The notes beneath the pieces are model-generated. The model ran no database searches. It worked only from the letters and a program-made list of their open reading frames with translations, and had not been told where the DNA came from. DNA of 64,000 nt from Lingula anatina (taxonomy: Eukaryota; Animalia; Brachiopoda), in contig CM120642.1 of the NCBI GenBank assembly GCA_051362555.1, forward strand, positions 26,350,001-26,414,000. The letters run 5' to 3'. The translations under genes and the position numbers were made by a program. Positions 1 through 49,680 of the stretch are shown here, piece after piece (position 1 is the stretch's first letter; every line of letters begins with the position of its first letter).

Positions 1-41
1 CTACTTCATATCATTCTATTTTAACTCCCCCTGTTCCTCAC

Positions 42-38614
<38,573 letters not shown>

Positions 38615-39231
38615 TCACGTTTCAATTTAACCGCATATCATAAATATAATACTCTAACCGACTGACAGCAGACATCCAATATGGCGGAGCTTTGTTTACG
38701 CCTGGTATTTGGATCGGTTTTGAGGGATTTATACTATACAGAGTATTTCTCTAAAGCCTTGCACGAATCGAACCTGTTTAATGTTTAACAAAATAGCTTT
38801 TGCTAGTAATTTTACGCCAAAATAATGTGATATTACGTGATCTACTTTGGAATTCCCTCCTCTAAACGTTCCCAAAGCAACAGTTCTCGTATACATCAAA
38901 TCCCGCGTTGTTTTTCGTGATTTCGTGACAGGTATTAGCTGCTTGATATAAATTATTAAAATTTGATAAATTTTTATTCTTTTTTATTATTGTAAAGAGC
39001 GATTTACTTTTCAACTAATACTTTTCATAATTATTTTCTATTTATGATATTTAAAGGCATTTTTATATTATTTTATTCTACTAAGTTTGTATCTTATATT
39101 GATTGCAAATGACTTGGTTATCAAGATGGCAGCCTCCTGTGTTAAGACCAACTTGAGAAGAAGTGATCGTAACTCGAAACATGTAGCTTAATATTTTGGA
39201 TCGGCACTGTAATTTTTACTGTCGTGTAGTG
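38615..39231. promoter_or_regulatory. Putative bidirectional promoter/5'UTR region between CCDC180 and TSEN15
   Basis: 617 bp separate the divergent start codons. The region is locally CpG-richer, with YY1-like CCAATATGGCGG (38676-38687) and CAAGATGGCAGC (39122-39133), and a forkhead-type TGTTTAC at 38693-38699. Confidence 0.6.
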
Positions 39232-41235
39232 ATGGGGGATGTTGGTGTCGCAGCAGGTGAAGCAAACTGGCTCCTTTCGCATCCAAAGGTGAGCAAAAAC
39301 GTATTTTTCTTTATAACAAGATAACGTGATATTTTGCTACACGCTAGGCCTGGTTGAATCTTACCTCATTAAAGTTAAACGACTAATTATCTTCATAAAA
39401 GCCTGCCATTTGGCAAAAATTGGTAAAAATCGGTAAGCATTTAAAAGAAGTTCAATGAAGTCTCCTTTTAAATCCCAAGGTATGTTATTTTGATTTCATT
39501 TTAATTAAAAAAATAAAAGTTAAATAATTGAGGTCACAAAATTCTAAATAAAAATTAAAACGAGGATCGAGCAAGACATTCAAGGTTCCCAACAGAATAA
39601 AGATCCAGTTTTTCAAACTTTGTGCCAAAAGCATGATCCTGTGCACATGTTCTCTGCTCCATGCTATTTATGTGCTATTATTTATTGTCTTATTTATGAT
39701 TTGACGTTGTTGACCTATCAATTTTGCACCTGCAAAATACTATTGTATTTTTCATTTCAGTATAAGGAGATGATGTCGCATGGTTTCAACAATTCTGATC
39801 AAGCCTTGCAAGCAATGCTGGTGTATCTTGATTTGTGTGAAGGTAGTTTGAAACAACCTTTGAGTTCATAGGACAAAAATTGGTATGACCATAATGCAAT
39901 GTGCAATACAGTGCAACACACTATAAAAAACAAGTCCAGTCACAAGTAAACATAGGAAGTGGGTAATATGAAAGTGAAATGTATTACTTGTTAATCGTCA
40001 GGTCAGCTGCCACATTGGTGAGTGGCTCTTTCTGGCAATAATACCAGTCAAGAATAGCCACTTGCTGATATGACAGCTCACCCAACTTACAAACAAGTTC
40101 TGCTGATTTGTTATCTGGTATCAACAATATTAATTACCCAATAATATATTTTGCTTTTATATAATCCTATTTTGTTGGGAATGACTGTTACCAATATTTA
40201 TTTGCAACTGGACCCATTTTTTCTAGTTTATTGCGATGTATTGCGAATTATTGTCCTACCCAAAAAAACGTGCCCTGGCTATCATAGGTTCTCACAAGCA
40301 AGTTTTACTTGCACAAATAATTAAATATTATTTGGTACAGAGAAAGAAAATAATTCATATTTCAGTGTTATCTGTAATTGATATTTGTTTCATTAATTTA
40401 GCATATTTCCTTTTTCACCAGATTTTCATTATATTTGAAGAAAACTAAATATTAAAAAAGTACCAAAAAATATCCCACAATGCCCTGCTACACGTCTTTT
40501 TATGCATGATAATGTAACTAGATGTATACTGTCATTTATTTTCAGCCAAGCAATGGGCCAAAGTTTCTCTCCATCCATGCAGTGAACTAAAGATGATATT
40601 CCTTACTGCCCAGGAGTCTGAGAGAGATGGTCAAGCCCACCTGATGTTACCTATTGGAAATGATGCTGAGCTTAACATAGCACAGATGAAGCAGTACATT
40701 GATCATATCAAGCATCCATCTGTGGAATGCCCAAGGTATGAACAAGGATTATACTCAAATACTGTTTTAGTCTTTGAGATTTTCATTTCTTGAATTTCAG
40801 GTTTCTGTTTGTGTTGTCTCACTGGTGCATAGGAAAATGGCATGTAGTAGAAGTGTGTCATCTTTTTGAATAGAAAAGACAAATCGGAACACAAAAGCAT
40901 TGTATTTAGTTGCTTTTGAAATATCAGCAACTGTTTTTATTTCTTCTTTGATCAGATTGTGAAGAAATGTTTGACACATATATGCAGGATTGCAGCCTCA
41001 TTTTTCTGAAAAGATTATGTAATAAAAAACATACTTTATATAGTCTGTTATTCCTTTTTACAGTCTGACCTTAGCCATTGTTGCCAGTGATTCTACCATC
41101 CTGTACTATAAAATAACAGATGGTCTAGTGCCACCAGACCCTCCTGAGCAGCTCCAGGCAAAGAAAACCTTACGAGGCAAGAGGAAGGCTGCACAGAGAA
41201 AAGCACACAAATTTATCAAGATGAAAAAAAGCTGA
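39232..41235 (+). CDS. TSEN15: tRNA-splicing endonuclease subunit Sen15, 166 aa
   Basis: Exons 39232-39288, 39761-39842, 40546-40735, 41064-41235. Motifs WLLSHPKYKEM, AMLVYLDLCEAKQW and SLTLAIVASDSTILYYKITDGLVPPDPP match Sen15 (human WLATHPKFLEM, AFLVYLDLMESKSW, LAIVESDSTIVYYKLTDG as recalled). AATAAA at 41786-41791. Confidence 0.92.
39988..40097. repeat. Degenerate inverted repeat in TSEN15 intron 2 (possible old MITE)
   Basis: ttgttaatcgtcaggtcagctgccacattggtgagtggct pairs imperfectly with agccacttgctgatatgacagctcacccaacttacaaacaa. Confidence 0.5.
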
Positions 41236-42021
41236 GACTTTCTTACGATTTTAAGAAGATCTTTAAGAATCAGCCCTGAGACCTACAGGCACACCTCTTT
41301 GGTTCGTTTTAAAGATCTCTAATGATCTCTTCATGGATGTACATGTTAACTGCAGGCTATACTGAAATGTCTTAATACTGGTTTCAGGTTCTCATGCATA
41401 CCCAGAGATCAAAAGAAACAAGACATAAAACTTTCTAAGTGGTGCTATCAGTCCAATCTAGTTATAACACAGTTGTGTGGCAAGAACTTGGCTGTGAAGT
41501 TAAACTGGAGACAAAAAATTTATAAACAAAATTTTTCAAATCCACCTATTAATTTTCAATGTTCTTTTTGCATGAGATATCTGGATATTGATTATATTCA
41601 AGTTTTCAGATATTTTCAGATATGTAAAATTTTGGTCATATTTTGGAACAGACATCAAAAAGTTGAATTGAAATCAATGAATTTAAGAGCATTCAGATCT
41701 GTACCAACAAATGACTTGTGGTAATCTTTATTACTTAGTGTAATATATATATAAAAATGCAATTACTATGTGTATGAAACATGACAATAAATTTATACAA
41801 AATGTTTCTTATTTTTTAAGGTATTAATTTGTCTACAAATTGACTAAAGGATCTGAACCTGCAGTGTGATATACATAAAATGTCGAGATAAATGTCAGAT
41901 AAAAATTGTACAAAAGAACTACATGATCTAATATATGTTCAACGATATGATGGCATTTTTACTGTGATATTTTATTACTGATCGCATTTTAATCAAAGAT
42001 CTAACGCAGTCCAATGAAAGT

Positions 42022-44112
42022 TTACATTAAGCACCCCTTTATCTTAGCTTTAAATACCCTCGCAACACTTATCCCGGCGTGAACATTCAAAGACATTAGA
42101 ATCAAACCCACAAATATGTAAATCGCACTTAACGCGCCTATAGAATGGGTAGGATGTTCTGGAAGTAAGTCTCCGAACCCAATGGTGAAAAGAGAAGTGA
42201 CGATAAAATAAACAGAATCGCTAAATGACCAAATCTCTGCCGCGGTTGCAGCGGCCGCTCCAATTAAAACATAAACAAGTAAGCATGCCAGCGTAACGGT
42301 GAAAACAAGACAAACGTTGCAGTCGGGGTCATTTCTTGTTTCAAGCTGCCTTTCTCTTCCGTGTCCCGCCTCTTTCACATCGACACTCTCAGCATCAATA
42401 ACAGCGGGGCCCGAGGAACGACCCTCTGCCTCGGACTGCGGCACCTCGGAGTCGTCTCCAACAACAGGCAGGGCGGTCGCCTCTACGTCCCTGGCCGATC
42501 CTCCACGGCATCCTGCACGGCAAAGACGACGGAGAAGTATTAATAAATACTTGACACCTCTGTGGAGAAGGTCGCCGAATCCGACTAGCGTCATGAAACA
42601 AAGTGGAATCCCGATCACTGAGTACAAGCAGGTTAAGACTTTCCCTGCTACGGTCTGGGAAGTGAGGTGTCCGTATCCTGAAAGGAATTATATGCTTTTA
42701 CGTGCAGTTTACTTATTTATTTTGTTACCTGTACATTTTTACAACAACTATGGTTTAACTAGTACAAAATGCACATCGAATAGGAAAAAAATAATGAAAA
42801 TAAATACATGCTTTTTACCACACACGGGATTGGCGATGGTAATTCTTTACATAAATATGTATAGACTAAGCCACGGGCATATTTATTATAACTAGTGAAA
42901 AATGAATCGATGGCCCTGGTAGAGGGTAAAAAAACAATGGTGTATAAAAAGTGTTACATTAACAAGGGGATGGGCGCGATCTTTTTTTCTTTTTTTTTCC
43001 ACAAAACAAACCCATTAATGCGTTTGGGTGACTTATTCCAGTTTCCAAATATTTCGATAATCCTTGTGGTAAATAATGAATGGTAACTGGTGCTAGCAAC
43101 AGGTTACCATCAGTAATCTCAAAGTTAGGGTTAATGGACAGAAACGGATAGCTTGTGTTAGGTATAATAGATCTTGGTAAGTTATTATGTAGGTCATGGT
43201 CACCCAATAGTGCCCAGAGTGAAAAACTTGGTGGTTTTCTAGCACCCCATTTCCATAGATTAGATCGACCTACTTTAGATCGACCTAACTCCCTGGGGGT
43301 TCACGCTAAATAGCTGTCAGCCAGGCGGACACGAAAGTTAATTACCTCCTTACAGGTTGTAGTAGGCGGGACGGACATTTAAGTCGGATTATCTGAAAGT
43401 AATCTAGTGAGACTCCCCGCGGGGATAGATCGATCTAAAACCTATGGGAATAGAGCCTTGGGGATAAAATTAAATATAAACCAGATGGATAATAGTAGAA
43501 GTTCTTAAATCACGACCGAATTTTTAATATAAGATTGCTACGCAGTTGTTGTAAAGCATAGTGATAAGATGAAAAGACCATTGTGCTGTATGAAGAGAAG
43601 CATTTGCGTACAAGCAGACCAAAAGAGATTACTGCAGTTATCAATAAAAATTTAAAACTGGTTAGTGCGCTGGTATCCTGATTTCGAGTGTATTTGGAAA
43701 TGGGGTTCGGGGGGGGGGGGGGGGGGGGGGAGGGGGCAAAAGCGAGCTAATAATTGCCTGTAGGTTAGCCGGGCTAGCTTAAAAAAGGAAAAAAATGGGA
43801 GGGGGGCGATGAACCCCAGGGTGTGTGAGCTCCGTGAGCTAGGCATGGTTTGGGGGGAATATTGATACAAAATCATTAATATGGCTGTAGGAAATAGAAG
43901 ATTAAAAACAAAACTTTATTTCTGCCTTGGTTACCTCATTACTTACCAATGGTGGTGAAAACTGTCCCACAAAAAGCAAAGCCAGTTTCAAAAGACCATC
44001 CCTCCTCCAAGGCACTGAAGACTGCTGCGCCCAGCAGGGCATAGATTGTCAGCAGGAGGAACAACCCAAAAGGTGACGAGAAGAATTTATAGACAAGGGG
44101 TCCAATCCTCAT
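42022..44112 (-). CDS. Two-pore-domain (K2P, 4TM/2P) potassium channel, TRESK/TWK-like, 273 aa
   Basis: Exon 1 43947-44112 (MRIGP...GAAVFSALEEGWSFETGFAFCGTVFTTI-G) and exon 2 42022-42677 (GYGHLTSQTVAGKVLTCLYSVIGIPL ... WSFSDSVYFIVTSLFTIGFGDLLP ... YIFVGLILM). Two selectivity filters, TIGYG and TIGFG; the intron falls inside the first filter as in many K2P genes. Minus-strand AATAAA at 41971-41976. Confidence 0.9.
43243..43457. mobile_element. 215-bp MITE copy B, in the K2P intron
   Basis: Same length and orientation as 27576-27790, with only a handful of differences. Flanks are tag/ttg (imperfect TSD). Confidence 0.75.
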
Positions 44113-44899
44113 TGTTTCTGTTCAAAGTCTTGGTCTCAAAGTCGGCTGCAAAGTAGATTTAGCGGTATACCGTACGTGGTGTGGTAGCCGACTATGCAGT
44201 CCGTCTAGTCTCGGCGTACCCTCTGTTTATTTTATATTGTTTGAAAGAGAAGCATATATGACCTAGTTTAGTTAAATCTTGAACCCAATATAGATCAATA
44301 TATACACATAGAAAGAGAGTTGAGTGGGCTTATATTAAGGCGGACGTAATTATTCTTTTTCTCTTGACAGTGTTTGACCAATTACGGTTAAAACTTTTTT
44401 GCGTCTTTCTTTTTGTTGCACAAGCACTTCAAAATAAAGTTTAATACGCCTCCGTACCCCGGACATAGTTTTGTTAAAAGGGCGATTTGTTATGTAATAT
44501 GCCTATACATTGAGCCTGCCTGCACAGCTTTTGCTCATATCAATGAAAGACGGTCATATCAGTCTGGTGGGGAGGAGTTTTTTTTTTTCAAATGCACTTA
44601 AAAAGACCACAGGGTCTTGCAATTAAACCTAAACAAAAAATTAGATATAAGTACTTTTCATTGTAAAATACATACCAAATATCTTCATTACGAAATTCAA
44701 TTTCCTATATTTATGCTATAATTTCGTTTTAATGATGTTTTCGCAGACTTTTGAGGTACAGCCTACGTACGTTTCATGATGTTGTCGCTGTGCTAGTTTC
44801 GAAGGGAAAAAGGAATCTTATAGTCTAAAATTTGTCTTATTTCTCTGTTCTACACTCCAATACTGTAGCCTTAGACGCGCTATATGTTACTTTGTTGTT

Positions 44900-44932
<33 letters not shown>

Positions 44933-46335
44933 AAAATTATCCTTTCAGTTCCCAGTATGTATGTATGAGCTTTTATCAGGGAAAGACTGGGGCAAACTAA
45001 AATAATCAACATGATAACTAACATGCTGTCCAATGAATTTTGCAAGGCACTATTTAATACATTTTATAAAAATACATCATTTCTCATCATGTTTGAATAC
45101 TAAACATATTTGAGAAAAATACTTTCATTGTGACCATACTTTTTTTAATGTGGAGTACAGTTACTGTATTAATTCACATCATTTTAAATATTTCAGGCAA
45201 GTTCTTATACAAGGCACAGACTTCTTGATACTGTACAACAGTGATAAGCCAATTTTTACACACTTCTAAACTCATTTTTTTTAAACTGAAATTTTAAAAT
45301 AAATACTACGTACATCTTATAAAAGGTACTTCATCATAAAGATCTGTTCACAAAAGGCTTAGGTTTTTCTTAACAACCAAATAAAATTGCTTGTGAACAG
45401 TATGACATGCTTGCAGGGCATCATGATTTGATTTGATTTAGTTATTTCTTCAAAAAGATTATATGGTTCTTTAATTAAACTGGCCTATCAGTTTACAAAA
45501 CAATTATATAACTGTAATGTCTCATAAAAAAGGAAACATTTTAAACAATGATGAACAAATATTACAAATGTGATTACTTGTACTGAATGACAGCAAATTT
45601 TCGAAGAAATCAAACAATGTTAAAAACACAAACATACAATGCAACTTGTGTAAGTTTTAAGTCTGTTAAATACCCGATGTAAATTAATACAAAATACAAT
45701 AAAATGTGATTATCAGACAGGCTTTACAAAGGAGCTAAACTGGAAACATTGTAAAGATGTTTCACAATTCTTTGACAGTGAACAATCAAATGGCTAAAGC
45801 AGGGGTAATGTTAGTAGCATTACTGTATGTTGAAAAACTACACTGCTGTATCCTTGACTGCCCCAGAACTACAAATAATACTTAAATGGGCAATTCCCTT
45901 AACAATTTATCCACCCTTCTTGTAAGTTGTAACATGAACATATATTAATTTTGTTTAAAAATTCCTACCAATAGCAAATATTTACTCAACAATTTGTAAA
46001 AAGCTGGCTAACATCTCTCAACTCGTCTTGGGGTATCTGAATGCAAAATATCACATCTAAGACAGCCATATAAAATACTATGACATCTATGTAAAATGCT
46101 GATTTTTATTTAATGTGAAAACTATTATTTGACACTGTGGATACGTACAACACCCCTAAGGTAATTTCTTTACAATTTGTCGCAATTAAAGTGCTCGTAT
46201 TTTACTTTATTTACCCCTAAACAATGCTCAATTTAATATTCCTTACAAAAATTCTGAATAAGATAAAAACACATACATGAGATTGAAATTATTTTCATGA
46301 GCAACTTAGTATTATACTACTCAAAATAATTAGTC

Positions 46336-49300
46336 TCAGGCAAGCAAAGTGCTGTATCTAAGTGACCTTGAGAGGTCATCCTTGACATCTCCTCGCATTT
46401 TTCCTGTGATCTTTTTTAATTTTCTCGCTGATCTTGTGGCCTCTTGGAGTGAATCCTCCAGCTCACTGTCATACTGTGAAATTAAAAAAAACCCACATAG
46501 TTACTCTCTGACCAACCTAAAACATATGATTCTAACTTATCTTATCTTACATCAATCATGAAGAATATTTTTAAAATCTGCTTTAATATATTCTTACTAG
46601 TTGCATTACATTATTATATAATAGCATACCATAGCTTAGTGTGTCATTAATCATATTACATATCATATCATAAGCAAATGTAGGTATGCAATGTCTAACC
46701 CTTATAACTGCATTTAGTAAACCGTGCACTATGTTTTCAGTTCTTCTAAACATAATTTCTCTCCTTCACGTTACTTACCTCATTCTCAATGTCTGATACT
46801 ACTGTCCTGTGAGACTTTCTTGTGCTTCGACTGCTGCTGTGAAAATGGAATATATAGGAATATAATGACAACAAAAACTGTAATGGGTCAACTGTTTCTT
46901 AAAGCAGCACTGCTGCAGATGTGAAATGTTCATAGGCAAATTTTTCTAATCAATTAAATTCCAAAATGAGATATGAAATATATCTGTTGTGGTTAATATG
47001 AATTTAGGACTTCATTAAAATAAAGAGCCATCACTAGAAAATATTTACCTGCTTTGATTGTCACCATACTCTTTGACATAATAACGCACTTTTGGGGTGG
47101 TGGGGACTGCAGGTGTGCTGTAATTTAATAATAATAATGGTTGTAAATCAAGACTGTTAACAAAACAAACTTTCATTAATTTTTTGTCTTATAAATATTA
47201 TAAAAATATATCAATATTGATATTGCAATATGCCATTTTACATCATAGCAAATGACATTAATGCTAATCACACCATTCATACAAAATGCAAACGTAGGCC
47301 CACAACAATTTCAACTGAAGTGAGTTATCTTTAGTTTCATAAGCTGAGTAAGTACCTTGTCATTGGAGCAGTCATCACAACTGGTGTCACAGGCTGGAGA
47401 TACATTGGTTTCTGTTGTACTGGAGTAACAGGCTGTAAATATACAGGTTGTTGTTGTTGTTGGTCCTGTGTCTGCTGTTGTTGTTGTTGTACTGGTGTCA
47501 CTGGCTGGAGATATACTGGTTTCTGTTGTACCGGAGTAACAGGCTGTAAATATACTGGCTGTTGTTGTTGTTGGTCCTGTGTCTGCTGTTGTTGTTGTTG
47601 TACTGGTGTCACTGGCTGTAAGTATACTGGCTGTTGCTGGTTGGTGAGATCTAAAGGAGCCAAAGTCACTGCAGGCTGTGGCACTGTGGGCTGCTGTATA
47701 GCATACACTGGTTGAGCAACTTCTGGAGCTGGTTGAGTTGGTTGTGGTTGATACACATAGTTCTGCTCAGTGTGTGTATGATAGCCACTCCCACCACAGA
47801 GGGGACAAGCTACAGTTTTGACCCCAGTAACCCCTGGTCCCCCTCCCAGTTCAGACCTAGTCATTCTATGACTTTGTGGTCTGTGTGGAGAATCCTCATA
47901 TTCCCCCAGGGGTGGCACTCCCCCACCAGACCTGTACATGGAGTGATAGTCAGGGGGCTGGGGTGGCTGGTCCCTGGACTGTCTAAACCTCGGTGGCCCC
48001 TCTTGGCTCCTAAATCCTGATGACCTTGGAATGTAATAATCATAATATTTTCTCAACCTATGAGGGTCATTGTCATACTCTCCACTTTCATCTTGGAAAT
48101 TCCTGTCATCCTCTTCATACTGGGATTGATTGGGTCTGTATGTGTCATGGTACCTTTGGTATGATGGTCTATGTGAACTTTCATAGTCATCTGTGTTGTG
48201 CCTGGGATATCTGGACTGAGGTCCATTCCCTGTCCACCCTCTTCTTTCATATGGCATGTCTGTAATGTCATGTGCTCTAGTTCCGTCTATCTCTGGTTCC
48301 CTATTGCTTCCTTGGTCTTCATCAAAACCCTGTAAATTATAAGTACATGTAATTGCTTAGACCTGCTTACTTAACATTTATGTACTAAGATACTGTGAAT
48401 TCTTGTACCATTACAATTATCATCATTATTATTGTTTTTATTATTGTCATTATTTTCATCAGTATCATTATAATTATGATGATATTAGAATGACAAACTC
48501 ATTACCTTAATAACAATAACTCGAATATGTTCAAAAGAGCAATGCACTGTTTTAGTAATGGAACTTCATCTATCAAATACAACTTTTCTACAAAATCACT
48601 CACCTGTCTGCCTGTCAATACAAATCAATTTAAAATGGCATTTAAACAACAGTTCAGAAAACATTATAGGGACACACAATTTTTGTACTCTTTGATGAAG
48701 ATGCAGTTTGTTAATTCTGAAGGATTTTCACCTTCTTTTGTCAACATACCCCACTGTGGTAGTCGCTCTCCAAATCTTCTCTTCTCAGTGTCCCCCGCCC
48801 AGGCTGGTGCTGCCCTCTGCCAGCAGTGCCTTGCCGTGTCTGTTGTCTGTGACTAGGAGCAGTGGAGTCCCTGGAGCCCCTGGCATCATATCCTGCATGG
48901 TGCTTGGGTTGAGTGGCTGTGTGTCGAGAATGCCTGCTCTCTGTATCTGATTTTGGATTTACATTTTCTTTACCTTGAATTAGGGAAAAATTAAGTTATT
49001 GTATCAGTTATGCACATTTGATAATTGCATTTAAAAGCTACTGCATCAATTTCCTATATTTGTCCACAATACCCCAGGATAAAAAGGTCTTAGATAATTT
49101 CGTACTTAGATAATTTCACACAGCCAGGACAATTTTAAATTTCACAAAAAATCGAAACACCTGTCATTTTGCTTTTTTCTTCATACTCACTTCTTTTTTT
49201 ATTCATTTTTCTTGCACTAAGTTGAATAATTCAGAATATCTCATACTGTTAAATCTTACCAAGATTTGGTGGAGGTAACACAGACTGTCTTTGGGACTCT

Positions 49301-49645
49301 GTCCAGTTTAACAGACTCTCCTTCATTTTAGCTATCTCCTCATGCAAAGACTGCAGCCTTGTGCTACAAATGTCAACAAAACCGTTATCAGGCATCAAGA
49401 AGAACTGCATTCTAAAACTAAACTCAATGCAAAACAATAAGCATAAAAGCAAAATCCATACCAGTTACTGTAATGAAATCTAAATATTTGTCTTTTAATT
49501 AAGAGAAAGTTCCTCATTTTTTAAATAAGCTGAAGATGAACATTATCGCTCAATAAATTTCAACCACCAAGAGTTGATAGAGCTAGCTATTCCTGTACAG
49601 TTCTTAGGATAAAGGTGTAAAAGAACTAAGCACACAAATTTAAAA

Positions 49646-49680
<35 letters not shown>

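Noticed and set aside
42299-42895. 198-aa plus-strand ORF
   Set aside because: Antisense shadow of the GC-rich K2P exon 2.
43709-43737. Poly-G run (G-quadruplex potential); also poly-T runs near 18312-18351 and 44902-44931
   Set aside because: Simple homopolymers of uncertain length with no evidence of function.
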